Notes under the pieces: generated by a model
Told to the model about the DNA's origin: nothing
What the model saw: only the letters and a program-made list of their open reading frames with translations
The model's database searches: none
Made by a program: the position numbers and the translations under genes
In this document: one piece after another, positions 11,012 to 21,543 of the stretch
Layout: every line of letters begins with the position of its first letter
Position numbering within the stretch: position 1 is the stretch's first letter
Origin: an uncultured Planctomycetales bacterium
GTDB lineage: Bacteria > Omnitrophota > Gorgyraeia > Zapsychrales > JAHFFX01
Assembly (NCBI GenBank): GCA_964464475.1
Contig: CAYXGG010000002.1
Span: 9,322-73,321, forward strand
DNA length: 64,000 nt
Reading direction: 5' to 3'

Positions 11012-11089
11012 TGCAGTAAGCTAACACAAAAGGTCTCTAACGTCAATTTGCAAACTGGGGGATTTCTACAAGAAAATTTTGGGCCACGA

Positions 11090-12754
11090 TCAAGCTCCCG
11101 TAAGTTCGCGAGCCCGTGGCAACGCCTCCGTAATATCGCGAAAAACGTTATTCTCCCCTATTTCCTCAATTAATCCCGACTGCTCCATCGCCATAAAAGG
11201 CTGCGTATGAATTCCGGAAATGATGTACGCGACACCTTGTTTTTTGGATTGACGGCATTGCTCTTTAATGGCATGCAAAGCGGTCGCGTCAATGGCGGGA
11301 ACTCCCGCCAAATCCACAATACGCACCTTTGGTTTTTTACCGGAAATCCGCATCGCCTCCAGAAATTTATAAGCTGCCCCAAAGAAAAATGGACCGTTGA
11401 TATCATAAATTTCAACACCCGGAGGCAACGCGTCTTTCGCGATTCTCAAAGATCGGTCAACCTCCTCGCCATCACGCATTTCCCTAGTAATAACCCCCAC
11501 ATTAGCCACCAACGCCATTCGACGCATGAATAAAAAAGCAGACAAAACAATTCCCGCCTGCAAAGCTACCGTCAAGTCAACGGCAACGGTCAGAAAAAAG
11601 GTGGTCAACAATACCAGCACATCGCTTTTGGGAGACCGCAACACCATCAAAAAAGAATTCCACTCACTCATGTTATACGCCACAATCACTAAAATCGCGG
11701 CCAACGCGGCCAAAGGAATGAACTTCACCCATTGACCGAAAAAAAGCATCAATAACAAGAGCATCGCCGCATGAACAATTCCCGCGATAGGGGTGCGACC
11801 GCCATTTTGGATATTAGTTGCCGTTCGGGCGATCGCCCCGGTTGCGGGAATTCCTCCAAATAGTGGTGAAAAGATATTGGCAACACCCTGCGCCACGAGC
11901 TCCATATTGGAACGATGCCGACTCCCAATCATGCCATCGGCAACAACAGCTGATAATAACGATTCAATTCCCGCCAACAAAGCGATACTAATCGCGGCAG
12001 GCGTCAATTCCTGCAACAATTTAACCGACATCAGTGGTATCTTAGGCGCAGGAAAGGCATGTGGAATTTCGCCAAAACGAGACCCTATGGTTTCCACCGG
12101 CCAATGCAGCACGTAAACCAGAACCGTTGCCCCCATCAGGGCCACCAGAGGCCCGGGAATAAAACGGAACAGGCGAAAGGGAATTTTCTTCCATAATAGA
12201 ATGGTACCCACACAAAGAACGCTAACGGCCAATGCGTGCCCATTAACCGAACCCACATGCTCATAATAAGCTGTCAGCTTGGCTAGAAATTCTGCCGGCA
12301 ACGCCGCCATATCTAAGCCAAAAAAATCTTTAATCTGAGAAATAAAAATAATCAAAGCAATTCCACTGGTGAATCCAACCGTCACCGGATAAGGAATGAA
12401 TTTTATCATAGAGCCAAAACCAGCGACCCCCATGACGATCAGCATGACTCCGGCCATCATAGTGGCCAACCACAAACCTTCCAATCCATATTTACTCACA
12501 ACACCATAAACAATCACCACAAACGCACCCGTGGGGCCACCAATCTGCACCCGACTACCTCCCAGAACAGAAATTAGAAATCCCGCGACAATAGCGGTTG
12601 TCAAACCCCTTTCCGGAGACACACCAGAAGCAATGGCAAAAGCAATCGCCAAAGGAAACGCCACAATCCCGACAATGACTCCGGCTAACAAATCCTTACC
12701 CAATTGCGTCCAGGAATATTCGGATAAGGTAGTGAATAATTTTGGTTTTAACAT
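11090..12754 (-). CDS. SulP-family anion (sulfate/bicarbonate) permease with C-terminal STAS domain
   Basis: The start MLKPKLF sits behind an AAGGAG RBS. It has multiple TM helices and a STAS-like C-terminal domain. Confidence 0.8.
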   Translation of the reverse strand: MLKPKLFTTLSEYSWTQLGKDLLAGVIVGIVAFPLAIAFAIASGVSPERGLTTAIVAGFLISVLGGSRVQIGGPTGAFVVIVYGVVSKYGLEGLWLATMMAGVMLIVMGVAGFGSMIKFIPYPVTVGFTSGIALIIFISQIKDFFGLDMAALPAEFLAKLTAYYEHVGSVNGHALAVSVLCVGTILLWKKIPFRLFRFIPGPLVALMGATVLVYVLHWPVETIGSRFGEIPHAFPAPKIPLMSVKLLQELTPAAISIALLAGIESLLSAVVADGMIGSRHRSNMELVAQGVANIFSPLFGGIPATGAIARTATNIQNGGRTPIAGIVHAAMLLLLMLFFGQWVKFIPLAALAAILVIVAYNMSEWNSFLMVLRSPKSDVLVLLTTFFLTVAVDLTVALQAGIVLSAFLFMRRMALVANVGVITREMRDGEEVDRSLRIAKDALPPGVEIYDINGPFFFGAAYKFLEAMRISGKKPKVRIVDLAGVPAIDATALHAIKEQCRQSKKQGVAYIISGIHTQPFMAMEQSGLIEEIGENNVFRDITEALPRARELTGA

Positions 12755-12799
12755 TTCAACGCACTCCTTAATATTTGCCCAACACAAAATCTTATATTT

Positions 12800-15655
12800 T
12801 TATCTGCAAGCATCATAAAAGGGACACGTCCCACAATAACGCGGGTCTTTATCATCCGGCCGAAAATTCACTGAAGCGTCAAGAATTTCATTCACAATAA
12901 ACTCCAAAGGACGCGAAAAAACTTTTATCACCTCAGCGATAGAAGCGCCGTCTTCTTTTAAGAAAGCTTTGCGTTCTAAGGAACGCAAATTATAAAATAC
13001 CGCATTAAGCTCATTGTTAGGAAACTGTCGATTTAGCAAATCCACATACATGGGCATTTGAAATGATCGCACATTTTTCTTAATCTCTTCCCGCGTCATT
13101 GGCATGGCGGCAATCGTCGGCAAATCTTTCGGCAAAGGATCCTCACTCCCGGTTTTGTAATCCAACAAAACCATCGTCCCATCCGCAAGTCGATCAATGC
13201 GATCCAACTGATAAACCAGTCGTATCTGTCGACCCGCGAGATTCACGCGCTCCTCAAAACGTTTTTCCAATTCCACTATCTCCTCCACCCCCTCAGACTG
13301 CAGGCGCTCCCGCTCGGCCTCCAAAAAAGCCCGCATCCTAAATTCTAAAACCGATTTCAGCAAAAACGCGTCCGATTTCATTGATCGACCAAAACTGTCA
13401 TTGAATTTATTCTCAAAGACCTTAAAAAAATATTCTTCAAAAGCCCGGTCCAAAACCGGTTTCTTCTTTAAGAATCTTCCCCAAGTCTCTTCTAATAGCT
13501 CATGCACAAACGTACCGACCTGTCGATTTTCCGGCTCTTCCAGTAAATCTTCTTTCTCTTCCAAGCCAAGAACATATTTATAATAAAATCGTAATGGACA
13601 ACGCGTATACGTATTCAGGCTCGAGGCTGAAAAACGATGCTCCGTTAAAAAAGCCAATACTTCCGGGGTCTTGGGAATGTCGGTTCGTTTAGGATTCAGC
13701 GCCACATCATAACCCGCCCGATGGATCACCAAACCGTCCAGTTGTTGTGTCGCCTTCTGTCGTTCCCAAATTAACTCTTCCAAAAAACGACTTTTTTCTT
13801 TATCGGCCGCTTCCGCAAAAACCAAATGTGCTTCTTTTGCTCCTGCCAACAAACGACGAAACTGATAACGCTGAATCTCCTCTTCCTCTTCTAGGCGATC
13901 TAGGCTCAAAGACACCATGACCTCCCGAGGAATCAGAGGATCATAAATTCGCAGTTTAGGTAGCGTGCCTTCGTTGGCATCCATGATGATCACGTGATCA
14001 AAATTCAGCGCCCGAGTTTCCATCAGCCCCAAAATTTGTAATCCCTTTAGCGGCGATCCGATAAAAGCCACACTATCGTGTTCAATACGATTAAAAAAGA
14101 TTTTGAATATTTCTTCGTTACTAAAAGGCTCTCGGCAAAATTCCGCAGACCGCATTTCTGTCGTTAATTCCAAAATGCGCTGCGCGATTTTCATATTCAG
14201 CGGGTATGCGCTGGCAAAGCTATGCTCGATAAAAACAGTCACAAAAATTTCCGCCTGCGTCGCAAAGCCCTCGAGGGTTGTCAAATGTTCCCACCCCGCA
14301 AAAACTAATTGCCCAATTTCTGCCATAATCGCTTCCAATTTCTGGCGATCAGCGCTCTCACCCATACGCCGCAGCACTTCGCGAGAGGATTCATACAATT
14401 CGGGCGCTTCAAAAATTTCCGCCAACGTCACGAATATTTTTCCACTCGCTGAACCTTCGACCTGACCACTCAATAATTCTTCCACCTTATGAATGAGCAC
14501 GCGGGTTGCTGAACTGGACGCTCCCCATCGAAAATTCTTCACTAAAGGATGCCTTAATACTTTTAATAAATCTTTGGCGTAATACTGCGTGTCTCGACGG
14601 GTTAATTGCGCCTTAAAGATGGCTTGTAGCAAACTATGAAAAGAACTGCGTTTTAACGGATATCCTAAAGAAACATTAAAATCTTCTGTAATGTCAGCGA
14701 CTTCAGAAATCAATGGGATCAAATGGTCGCTATCCGGCAAAACCACCACCGTACTTGCCAGCGAACCTTGCCGGGCCAGAATACCTTTTAATATTTCACT
14801 CACCAATCCAACCTGAGAATGGACATCAAAACCTGAGTACAATTTCAGCACAGGTTCCTTAGACGATTCTGAACTCACTGACGGATCGATCGCTAATCTC
14901 AGTACACGCGCGTTGCGCTGTAAGGCGGGCCATTGAGCCGAACTTCCCTGAAAAATAAATCTGGCAACCCCTTGTTCCGACAAGCTTTTTAATAATTTCT
15001 CTTCACTGCGATGCAACGCATAGAACTGACAAAAGACAATCTGTGCGAATTCCGGTATCGGATAGGAACCCACTTCCTCTGCGACCCGCAGATAGCGAAA
15101 GCCGCGCGTGAACGTCCGCTGTTGCCTCATTTGGGTATGAAACATTTCACGCAACGTCACGATTCGTCCTAGCAGCTGATTCACCGCAGCCGGAATGGGA
15201 TAACCGATGACCGCATTAGATTCAATATTTTTTAAAGCCTCAGAAGAGACCAGGTCAAGATCTAGTTGCTCAATAAAAGCCAAAATCTCTCTGGCCCAGG
15301 GTAAGAATTGCGCGAAGGATTCGCGATGACGTAAGATATCGGGACAGGCTGATTGCGCCGAACGATAGATCAGAAAACACGCGTCCAAATCAGATAACCT
15401 GGCAAACGGAGATCGCAGACCTAATAAGTAATCAATCAATTCATCGATGGTAAAGAATGTCGGTGGGAAGTAGGATTTCTTAAAAAACCGAGCCAGCTCG
15501 CGTTTGACAAACAACGCCGGACGTTTACCGCCGAAGACAACAGCCGTTTTTTTTAATCCTTCAGGATGGGCCGTGGCTTCCGCCCCTAAAAGAGCGGTCA
15601 AGCGTTGAACAAATGGCTCAGCGAGCCCAAGGGTGAGAACGCGCTCCATAGGCAA
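12800..15655 (-). CDS. addB: AddB-like PD-(D/E)XK nuclease subunit of a helicase-nuclease complex (inactive-helicase type)
   Basis: The 951-aa product has a VLLDYKTGS RecB-family nuclease motif and a C-terminal cysteine cluster (CGTCPFYDAC). I see no convincing Walker A at the N-terminus. It lies downstream of addA. Confidence 0.7.
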   Translation of the reverse strand: MPMERVLTLGLAEPFVQRLTALLGAEATAHPEGLKKTAVVFGGKRPALFVKRELARFFKKSYFPPTFFTIDELIDYLLGLRSPFARLSDLDACFLIYRSAQSACPDILRHRESFAQFLPWAREILAFIEQLDLDLVSSEALKNIESNAVIGYPIPAAVNQLLGRIVTLREMFHTQMRQQRTFTRGFRYLRVAEEVGSYPIPEFAQIVFCQFYALHRSEEKLLKSLSEQGVARFIFQGSSAQWPALQRNARVLRLAIDPSVSSESSKEPVLKLYSGFDVHSQVGLVSEILKGILARQGSLASTVVVLPDSDHLIPLISEVADITEDFNVSLGYPLKRSSFHSLLQAIFKAQLTRRDTQYYAKDLLKVLRHPLVKNFRWGASSSATRVLIHKVEELLSGQVEGSASGKIFVTLAEIFEAPELYESSREVLRRMGESADRQKLEAIMAEIGQLVFAGWEHLTTLEGFATQAEIFVTVFIEHSFASAYPLNMKIAQRILELTTEMRSAEFCREPFSNEEIFKIFFNRIEHDSVAFIGSPLKGLQILGLMETRALNFDHVIIMDANEGTLPKLRIYDPLIPREVMVSLSLDRLEEEEEIQRYQFRRLLAGAKEAHLVFAEAADKEKSRFLEELIWERQKATQQLDGLVIHRAGYDVALNPKRTDIPKTPEVLAFLTEHRFSASSLNTYTRCPLRFYYKYVLGLEEKEDLLEEPENRQVGTFVHELLEETWGRFLKKKPVLDRAFEEYFFKVFENKFNDSFGRSMKSDAFLLKSVLEFRMRAFLEAERERLQSEGVEEIVELEKRFEERVNLAGRQIRLVYQLDRIDRLADGTMVLLDYKTGSEDPLPKDLPTIAAMPMTREEIKKNVRSFQMPMYVDLLNRQFPNNELNAVFYNLRSLERKAFLKEDGASIAEVIKVFSRPLEFIVNEILDASVNFRPDDKDPRYCGTCPFYDACR

Positions 15656-15657
15656 TC

Positions 15658-16533
15658 TTAGCCGGAGGAAGGGTTATCGTCGAAATGCTTCAATAATGTT
15701 TCAAACTCAAAAACCAACGGATGTCGCCAGCGGCGCTTAGCTAGCTTTAACAATTCGCGGTTATACCAAAGCTCCTTATTCTTATCGGCACCGATTTTAT
15801 CCCAGACCGCAGGCCCATCGAGCTTTAATTGCGCCAGGATGGTATTAAGTTGTGTGACTTTATCGGCCACGGCAATCACAACCGCTTCGACATCGCTCTC
15901 CTTCAGAGAGCCTAACAATCGTTGTTTTCGCTGTTCCCATTCGCTGGCCAGCGCCCCTTCAGAATCATCAGAAATAGTTTGGACCAGGTTTAAAGCTTCA
16001 GGCCCGCAGGCTTGCTCAATCTCATTTGATTTGCAAGCGGTCTTCGCCAGCAAATCTTTACAGAGCGCAGCAGCAATGATTTCATCCTTTAACGTAGAAT
16101 CGAGGTAAGTTTTTCGCAGCGTATTGGCCACTTCCAGCAAATGTTCCATATAAGAACGGCCATGAAGGCGGACGATCTGCTCCTTATGATAATTCATCGC
16201 CAGATAAAGCGCGTATTCCGTAACCGGGTTGAAAATAGTACTGACTCTAAAAATTTCCCGCCCGTAAGAGGAGTAAATAAGATATTCCATACCGCCTTGC
16301 TGAGCATGCGATAGCCAGTCTCGATAAGACATTTTGGTCTTAGAAAGATTATTGTTTTTCTTGAATTCATAGATAGCAAAAACCAGAATTTCCGCGAGAT
16401 TGGTTCCTTGTTTAACGACTCGCTGGCTGGCAACAGGAAAATCTTCCAAGGTCGGATCCAGTCCTTGCAAATCGACCTGGATTAAATCATAGCGACCTTC
16501 ACTATTCTCACTAGAATTACTTATCTTAGTCAT
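15658..16533 (-). CDS. RelA/SpoT-like HD-domain protein with a degenerate metal-binding dyad
   Basis: ALYLAMNYHKEQ ... YMEHLLEVA ... AAALCKD ... AVADKVTQLNT aligns with the SpoT hydrolase HD domain (ALxLAxxAH ... HPLxVA ... AALLHD ... ADRLHNMRT). The HD position reads KD. There is about 100 aa of unknown N-terminal region. Confidence 0.5.
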   Translation of the reverse strand: MTKISNSSENSEGRYDLIQVDLQGLDPTLEDFPVASQRVVKQGTNLAEILVFAIYEFKKNNNLSKTKMSYRDWLSHAQQGGMEYLIYSSYGREIFRVSTIFNPVTEYALYLAMNYHKEQIVRLHGRSYMEHLLEVANTLRKTYLDSTLKDEIIAAALCKDLLAKTACKSNEIEQACGPEALNLVQTISDDSEGALASEWEQRKQRLLGSLKESDVEAVVIAVADKVTQLNTILAQLKLDGPAVWDKIGADKNKELWYNRELLKLAKRRWRHPLVFEFETLLKHFDDNPSSG

Positions 16534-16557
16534 AGCACAAATGAATTATCAAAAAGA

Positions 16558-16878
16558 TTATTGATCAGTGTAATAGCCTTCTCTTAGCCCCTTAACGTTT
16601 TTTTGTTCATCAATTAACTGCTTTTCCCAGTCACTAACCCGTTTTTGTTTCTTGGCCTGCAAATCACGCAAGCGTTGCAGTCGACGTTCTTCCTTACGAA
16701 TTTCCAGTATCTGCGCTTTTTCTTTCTTAGATTTACCGACAGTAGCCGCAAAATCACTAACTTTATTAAAAACGTTCACGTCATTGACTCGTTGGGCAAC
16801 GGTTGGTTTCGTTTGCTGCGCCCAGACCGCGTCCACCGGGACTAGGCCCAACAATAACACAATAAATAAAACAATCAT
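16558..16878 (-). CDS. Small secreted charged coiled-coil protein (hypothetical)
   Basis: It has the signal peptide MIVLFIVLLLGLVPVDAVWA followed by a K/E/R-rich helix. It is wedged between addA and the HD-like gene. Confidence 0.4.
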   Translation of the reverse strand: MIVLFIVLLLGLVPVDAVWAQQTKPTVAQRVNDVNVFNKVSDFAATVGKSKKEKAQILEIRKEERRLQRLRDLQAKKQKRVSDWEKQLIDEQKNVKGLREGYYTDQ

Positions 16879-16928
16879 TTTTCCTCCCTAAAGTTAGTAC
16901 CAATTATATTTTTACAACTACCACAAAA

Positions 16929-19900
16929 TCAATTGGGTTTGACGCCAAGCTTGGTTTCAATAGAAGAAACTTCTTCCCAATCCAAGCCCGTTAAGTATAA
17001 CAGAAATCCCCGGACTTGCTGGCGCGGATATAATTCTTTAACTAAGGCCATATATTCTTCGACCTGCCGAACATGCTCGGATGAAACAAGCGAATTTGAT
17101 TCTGCGCTGGGACCGGAGACTCCTCTGTGCATCTTATAATCAACAACCCAAACTTCCTTTTCCCACACCATTAACCGATCAATTCGCTTAGTCAAGCCAT
17201 GAACATCCACCATTTCCTGCTCTCTAAAAATCTGCGCGGTCGGTACCTGAAAAAATTGGCGATAGCTTTCCGCCTGCAGCACTTTTTCCACAAAATTTCG
17301 ATAATGCTGACCATCTGTTAAATATGGAAACTTTTCTAAAAGGGCCGCCTCTCCCGCGAACAACGCCTCCTCCATCCCTCCCTGAGAACAATCCCCCACC
17401 CAAGATAACAAATAATGAATGATTTCCCCTTCCCGAACTTCTTCGCGCTGCTGTATTTGCTGGGGGGACACAAATTCTTCCCGCAAATAATCCATCCAAT
17501 CACGACACCGAGCGGTGGGCAGCAAAGGCGGTTCCAATTTACCTGTTGCGACGGCCTTACGACCAGCGTCCTTATCACCAAACTCCCTTATATCTTCCGG
17601 TAACAGTAGATTAATCCAATTTGCAGTCAAACCACTCTTCTCAGGAACAAAAATATACAACTCTTCTTTAGCGCGAGTCAACCCGACATAGACATTGTTC
17701 AACTCCGTTAGAAAAGAACTTTTGAATTCTTCGCGATAAAGCTGCAACAACGGAAGAGAAAATCGAGTGTATTTTTTTCTGAGGAGAGCCAACCTCAACT
17801 CATGGCCATCACGCGCGATGACCAAGTTTTTTAAAGTCCCGCTGGATCGACCGATTGAAATATCCATCTGCAGAAACGGCAAAATGACGACCGGATACTC
17901 CAGCCCCTTTGACTTATGTACGGTCTGAACTCGGACATTGTCAGCACGAGCAATATTGACATACAATTCTTCATCTGGTGCCACCTCCAAATACTCCAGA
18001 AACGACAAGAGATCCACGCTTTCTTCCTCTCGGATGCGGATGATTTCCAGAAATCGCATAAAAAATCCCTGCTGTTGCGGAAATGCCGCCACGCAACCAA
18101 ACCGAAAATAAAAACTAACGACTAACTCATACATCGGATAGATGCCGGCATTGCGGAAGAAATCTTCCAATAATTTCTCCCAGACCAGAGGGTAACGATC
18201 ACGAAATTCTTTATAAAGATAAACATCTTTTTGGTGTGCTGACAACAATCGACATTCAAAGAGAAACTGCCGAATATCAATCAGAGCTAAACCAGAAGCT
18301 TTCTGAAAAATGTCTCCCAACAAAAAAGACGCAAAGCTTAGGTTATCAACCGGTGAGTCTAAGAACTTGAGGAAAGAAATGATTTCTTTTATGTAGGGGT
18401 TCTCTTTAACATTGGATGTGCGTTCAGAATCAATCAGAATTCCCGCCTCCAGAAGCCAGGATGTAATAAGTTCTACTTCACTATTGTCCCGGGCCAAAAC
18501 CGCAATTTCCCCACCTCGGAAGCGTAAACGCAAATCCCGAACCAAAGACAACAACTTATCTTTCGCCTGAAGATGTAATTCTTCCTGATTTTTAGCAGCA
18601 ATTCGTTCGACGCTCACGTATCCGCCTCTTAAATCTTTCTTGAAAGCCTGTTGAGAATCTTTAAAAACACTAAGAATCTCTTCTCGATCCTCAAGTCTTA
18701 ATAAGGACTCACCGCTCCCCCCAGACTTTTTGTCCGCACTCGCTCCAATATGATTCATGAATTGGATTAAATTATCTTTTGAAAAAATAAGATTATTAAA
18801 TTCGACGATGTTTTCGCGGCTACGCCAATTCTGAGACAAGACTTCCGTGTGCGTTGGAAATGACGAAAAACGAGCCTTAACGCCATCAAATAACGCGGCC
18901 TCCCCGCCCCGAAACCCATAAATCGCCTGTTTTTTGTCTCCAACGTAATAGAGCGTTCCTCCGGTAGCTAAGGCCTCTTCCACCATAGGCTCAAGATTAC
19001 GCCATTGCAGCAAAGACGTATCCTGAAATTCATCAATCAAATAATGCCGAAAGCGGCTGGCCAAACGATAGTAAAGTTCTTCGACCGTGATGTTCTCATC
19101 ATCAAAAAGCGCTCGGGCCTTATTGTTAAGCTGACTCAAAAAAAGGATGTCTTCTTTACGAACGACCGTGTCCAATTCGACCAGCATGGCCGCAAATAAA
19201 TTCAAATAGCAGTTAAAAATAGCAAAGCTTTCTGTTTCACAAATGTCGCGCAGCCCCCGACCGATACGCTCCCAAAGCGCCGCAAGGCTCGCAGGGACAT
19301 CTCCTCCTTTTTTTATCGGGAATTCTGGTCGATAGAAATAGTCGGAAATTTTATCTATCGGAAATTGGTGCCCATAATTATTTACAAAATTCTCCAAAGA
19401 ATTGCGAAACTGTCCATGACCATCTTCCGGGAAAACTTCATACAACAGGCTGATATCGTCCCGGGTTTGCTGACGCGCTTTAGCTAAGTACCGCATATCA
19501 TGCGTCGCCGGCACAAAAATACCACCCAAATCATTCTGCGTTTTAAAAAGTTGCTGCAACACAATGAGGATATCTTTTTTGGGAAACCAGCCCGTCTTTT
19601 GCTCTAAAAATAAATACTGGTGCAAAAAATCCTCAAAACGCTTTTTTACGACCGCGTTTCCGGATGCTTGCTCAATTAATTGGTCCAAACTCTGCTCTAA
19701 ATAATCTTTCTCATTGCGGCGAATTTTGAAATTGGCAGACAAATTGATACGGAAAGCACACCCGGAAAGAATGGAATTGATGAAACTGTCGATGGTCTGC
19801 ACTTGAAAGAAATTATAGTGTCCGATGATGGCGTCCATCAACACGTGGGATTTTTCTTGAGCTTCCGTCTCGGTCAGCGTCAAGCCGGAAAGGATCTCTT

Positions 19901-20159
19901 CTTGCTGCGCGGCCGGGGCCTTGTTTAGCGCCAGATTTTTCAAAAAAGTCAAAATGCGCTGCTTCATTTCTACCGCCGACTTATTGGTAAACGTAATCGC
20001 GAGGATTTGCCGAATGGGTAACGTTTCGGGACTTACTCCGGCCCCTAACAACAACTGCACGTACCGCTTAGCTAGGGCAAAAGTTTTACCGGATCCCGCT
20101 GAGGCTTCGACAATCCTAACTTCTGGAAATTGAAATTTTACGGAGGAAGTTGACGTCAT
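16929..20159 (-). CDS. addA: AddA-like UvrD-family helicase / RecB-type nuclease subunit
   Basis: The 1076-aa product has the Walker A motif ASAGSGKTFALAKR near the N-terminus. It has UvrD-like motifs and a C-terminal nuclease motif VVDYK. Confidence 0.8.
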   Translation of the reverse strand: MTSTSSVKFQFPEVRIVEASAGSGKTFALAKRYVQLLLGAGVSPETLPIRQILAITFTNKSAVEMKQRILTFLKNLALNKAPAAQQEEILSGLTLTETEAQEKSHVLMDAIIGHYNFFQVQTIDSFINSILSGCAFRINLSANFKIRRNEKDYLEQSLDQLIEQASGNAVVKKRFEDFLHQYLFLEQKTGWFPKKDILIVLQQLFKTQNDLGGIFVPATHDMRYLAKARQQTRDDISLLYEVFPEDGHGQFRNSLENFVNNYGHQFPIDKISDYFYRPEFPIKKGGDVPASLAALWERIGRGLRDICETESFAIFNCYLNLFAAMLVELDTVVRKEDILFLSQLNNKARALFDDENITVEELYYRLASRFRHYLIDEFQDTSLLQWRNLEPMVEEALATGGTLYYVGDKKQAIYGFRGGEAALFDGVKARFSSFPTHTEVLSQNWRSRENIVEFNNLIFSKDNLIQFMNHIGASADKKSGGSGESLLRLEDREEILSVFKDSQQAFKKDLRGGYVSVERIAAKNQEELHLQAKDKLLSLVRDLRLRFRGGEIAVLARDNSEVELITSWLLEAGILIDSERTSNVKENPYIKEIISFLKFLDSPVDNLSFASFLLGDIFQKASGLALIDIRQFLFECRLLSAHQKDVYLYKEFRDRYPLVWEKLLEDFFRNAGIYPMYELVVSFYFRFGCVAAFPQQQGFFMRFLEIIRIREEESVDLLSFLEYLEVAPDEELYVNIARADNVRVQTVHKSKGLEYPVVILPFLQMDISIGRSSGTLKNLVIARDGHELRLALLRKKYTRFSLPLLQLYREEFKSSFLTELNNVYVGLTRAKEELYIFVPEKSGLTANWINLLLPEDIREFGDKDAGRKAVATGKLEPPLLPTARCRDWMDYLREEFVSPQQIQQREEVREGEIIHYLLSWVGDCSQGGMEEALFAGEAALLEKFPYLTDGQHYRNFVEKVLQAESYRQFFQVPTAQIFREQEMVDVHGLTKRIDRLMVWEKEVWVVDYKMHRGVSGPSAESNSLVSSEHVRQVEEYMALVKELYPRQQVRGFLLYLTGLDWEEVSSIETKLGVKPN

Positions 20160-20342
20160 CGTTATGAATAATTAGGAACCCTTCTAGCAAGAAGAGCGAT
20201 CGCTATGCCCCGCGATATGGGCTGACAAGAAAAACCAAATCCTTTACGGACTACCGCGCTGTCATCATAAAAACAGGAATTAGAAACGAGGTCATTATAG
20301 TACAGACGAGATTAGATTACTACGGAGGAATCACGGAGAGTT

Positions 20343-20406
20343 AAAAAAAAACGAAGCCCCCGCACCGTTGTCAGTCACTGGTTGTTGTTTCAAAAGGTGC
20401 GGGGGC
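20343..20406 (-). terminator. Rho-independent terminator downstream of the PEP-CTERM gene
   Basis: The GC stem GCCCCCGCACC (20356-20366) pairs with GGTGCGGGGGC (20396-20406). On the minus strand it is followed by a T9 run (A-run 20343-20351). A second small hairpin lies at 20414-20436. Confidence 0.6.
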
Positions 20407-20450
20407 GAGGGGCCTCCCCCTTGAGCGGAGGGGGAGTTTGGTGAACAGTT

Positions 20451-21236
20451 TTAGACTTTATTTTTACGTAAACGCTTAAAAGCTCCGAAGATTAATCCGC
20501 TCGATAATAAAGCCATCGTGGAAGGTTCCGGAACAGCGTTGACATCTCCTTTTAATTTTAGGCTATCGTTACCGCAATGCATGGTCCAGCTAAGGTAGGC
20601 ATCAGAATTTTGAGTACCGTTCAAATTAAGCCAAGCTAACGGCACCTTAGCTTCCATGACGTAATGGGAATACTGGTTGCCGCTGTACACAAATTCGATA
20701 TCGCCAATATATGATTTTTGATCACCGATTTTCCAAGGGTTCGCGTCAGAATGGGAAGGGTATACCACGTCAGTCCAGCTATCTACGGCATAGAGCTTTG
20801 AGGTCGCGATATCAATGCCGTATGCATACTTTTTGGCATTGTAAGTTGACGAAGATAGGCTTTGATATTTACCCACATCAATAAAAATATCTCCAGGCAA
20901 GAATTGGACATTACTTTGCGGAGTTCCGGTAATGACCGCAATGTAAGCATAATCCTGATCGTTATCAAAATACATGGCTTCCGCGTCATAAACATTCCCA
21001 ATAGCCCAGCCAGGGTTAACATACTGCCAACCACGAGAGCTGTCAGTATTGTCTTCAACTACATAATCTATATTGTTACCTCCAGAAGGGAGATTTGTGT
21101 TCAGATAAGGCATCGCCTGAGAAGCGGCATTGAGGTGAACACCCCAATCATCCACCAAGCCATCAACAATGTAGGCATTAGCAGAACCTACTGCGAACGT
21201 TAAACTTACCAAACATAGCGCTAGAATTTTTCTCAT
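20451..21236 (-). CDS. PEP-CTERM sorting-domain secreted protein (exosortase substrate)
   Basis: The start MRKILALCL sits behind a GGAGG RBS. It has a signal peptide, and the C-terminus reads VPEPSTMALLSSGLIFGAFKRLRKNKV (PEP motif, TM helix, Arg-rich tail). Confidence 0.75.
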   Translation of the reverse strand: MRKILALCLVSLTFAVGSANAYIVDGLVDDWGVHLNAASQAMPYLNTNLPSGGNNIDYVVEDNTDSSRGWQYVNPGWAIGNVYDAEAMYFDNDQDYAYIAVITGTPQSNVQFLPGDIFIDVGKYQSLSSSTYNAKKYAYGIDIATSKLYAVDSWTDVVYPSHSDANPWKIGDQKSYIGDIEFVYSGNQYSHYVMEAKVPLAWLNLNGTQNSDAYLSWTMHCGNDSLKLKGDVNAVPEPSTMALLSSGLIFGAFKRLRKNKV

Positions 21237-21499
21237 AATTTCCTCCCTTAGGTTCACCATAGCTATTAGCAAATTCCATGCCATAAATTACATTAGAAGA
21301 CCAAACTCAGAGCAATATCTTATTTATTTTCATATACTTACATTAATGGAAAAAATTTATCAAATCTCAAATACACCACCGCACAATCGGTAAGGAAACG
21401 GTTGATTCGTATTCATTCCTGCATCGTAAACCATTGCCAGGTAATCAGTAAGATTAGTTTATTTTTCTCATCAAAGTGTTGCGCAGAACCCAATATTTG

Positions 21500-21543
21500 A
21501 CAAAAAAGCCCCTTGGCGCCGCCTTTTGGCGGCACCAAGGGGC
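21500..21543 (-). terminator. Rho-independent terminator downstream of CDS 21561-21929
   Basis: A near-perfect hairpin GCCCCTTGGCGCCGCC-TTTT-GGCGGCACCAAGGGG is followed on the minus strand by a T-run (A6 at 21502-21507). Confidence 0.7.

Noticed and set aside
20160-20342. Possible small RNA or tRNA in the 290-bp gap upstream of addA
   Set aside because: There is no tRNA-like T-arm (GTTCGAATC-type) and no stable conserved hairpins apart from the terminator assigned to the PEP-CTERM gene.
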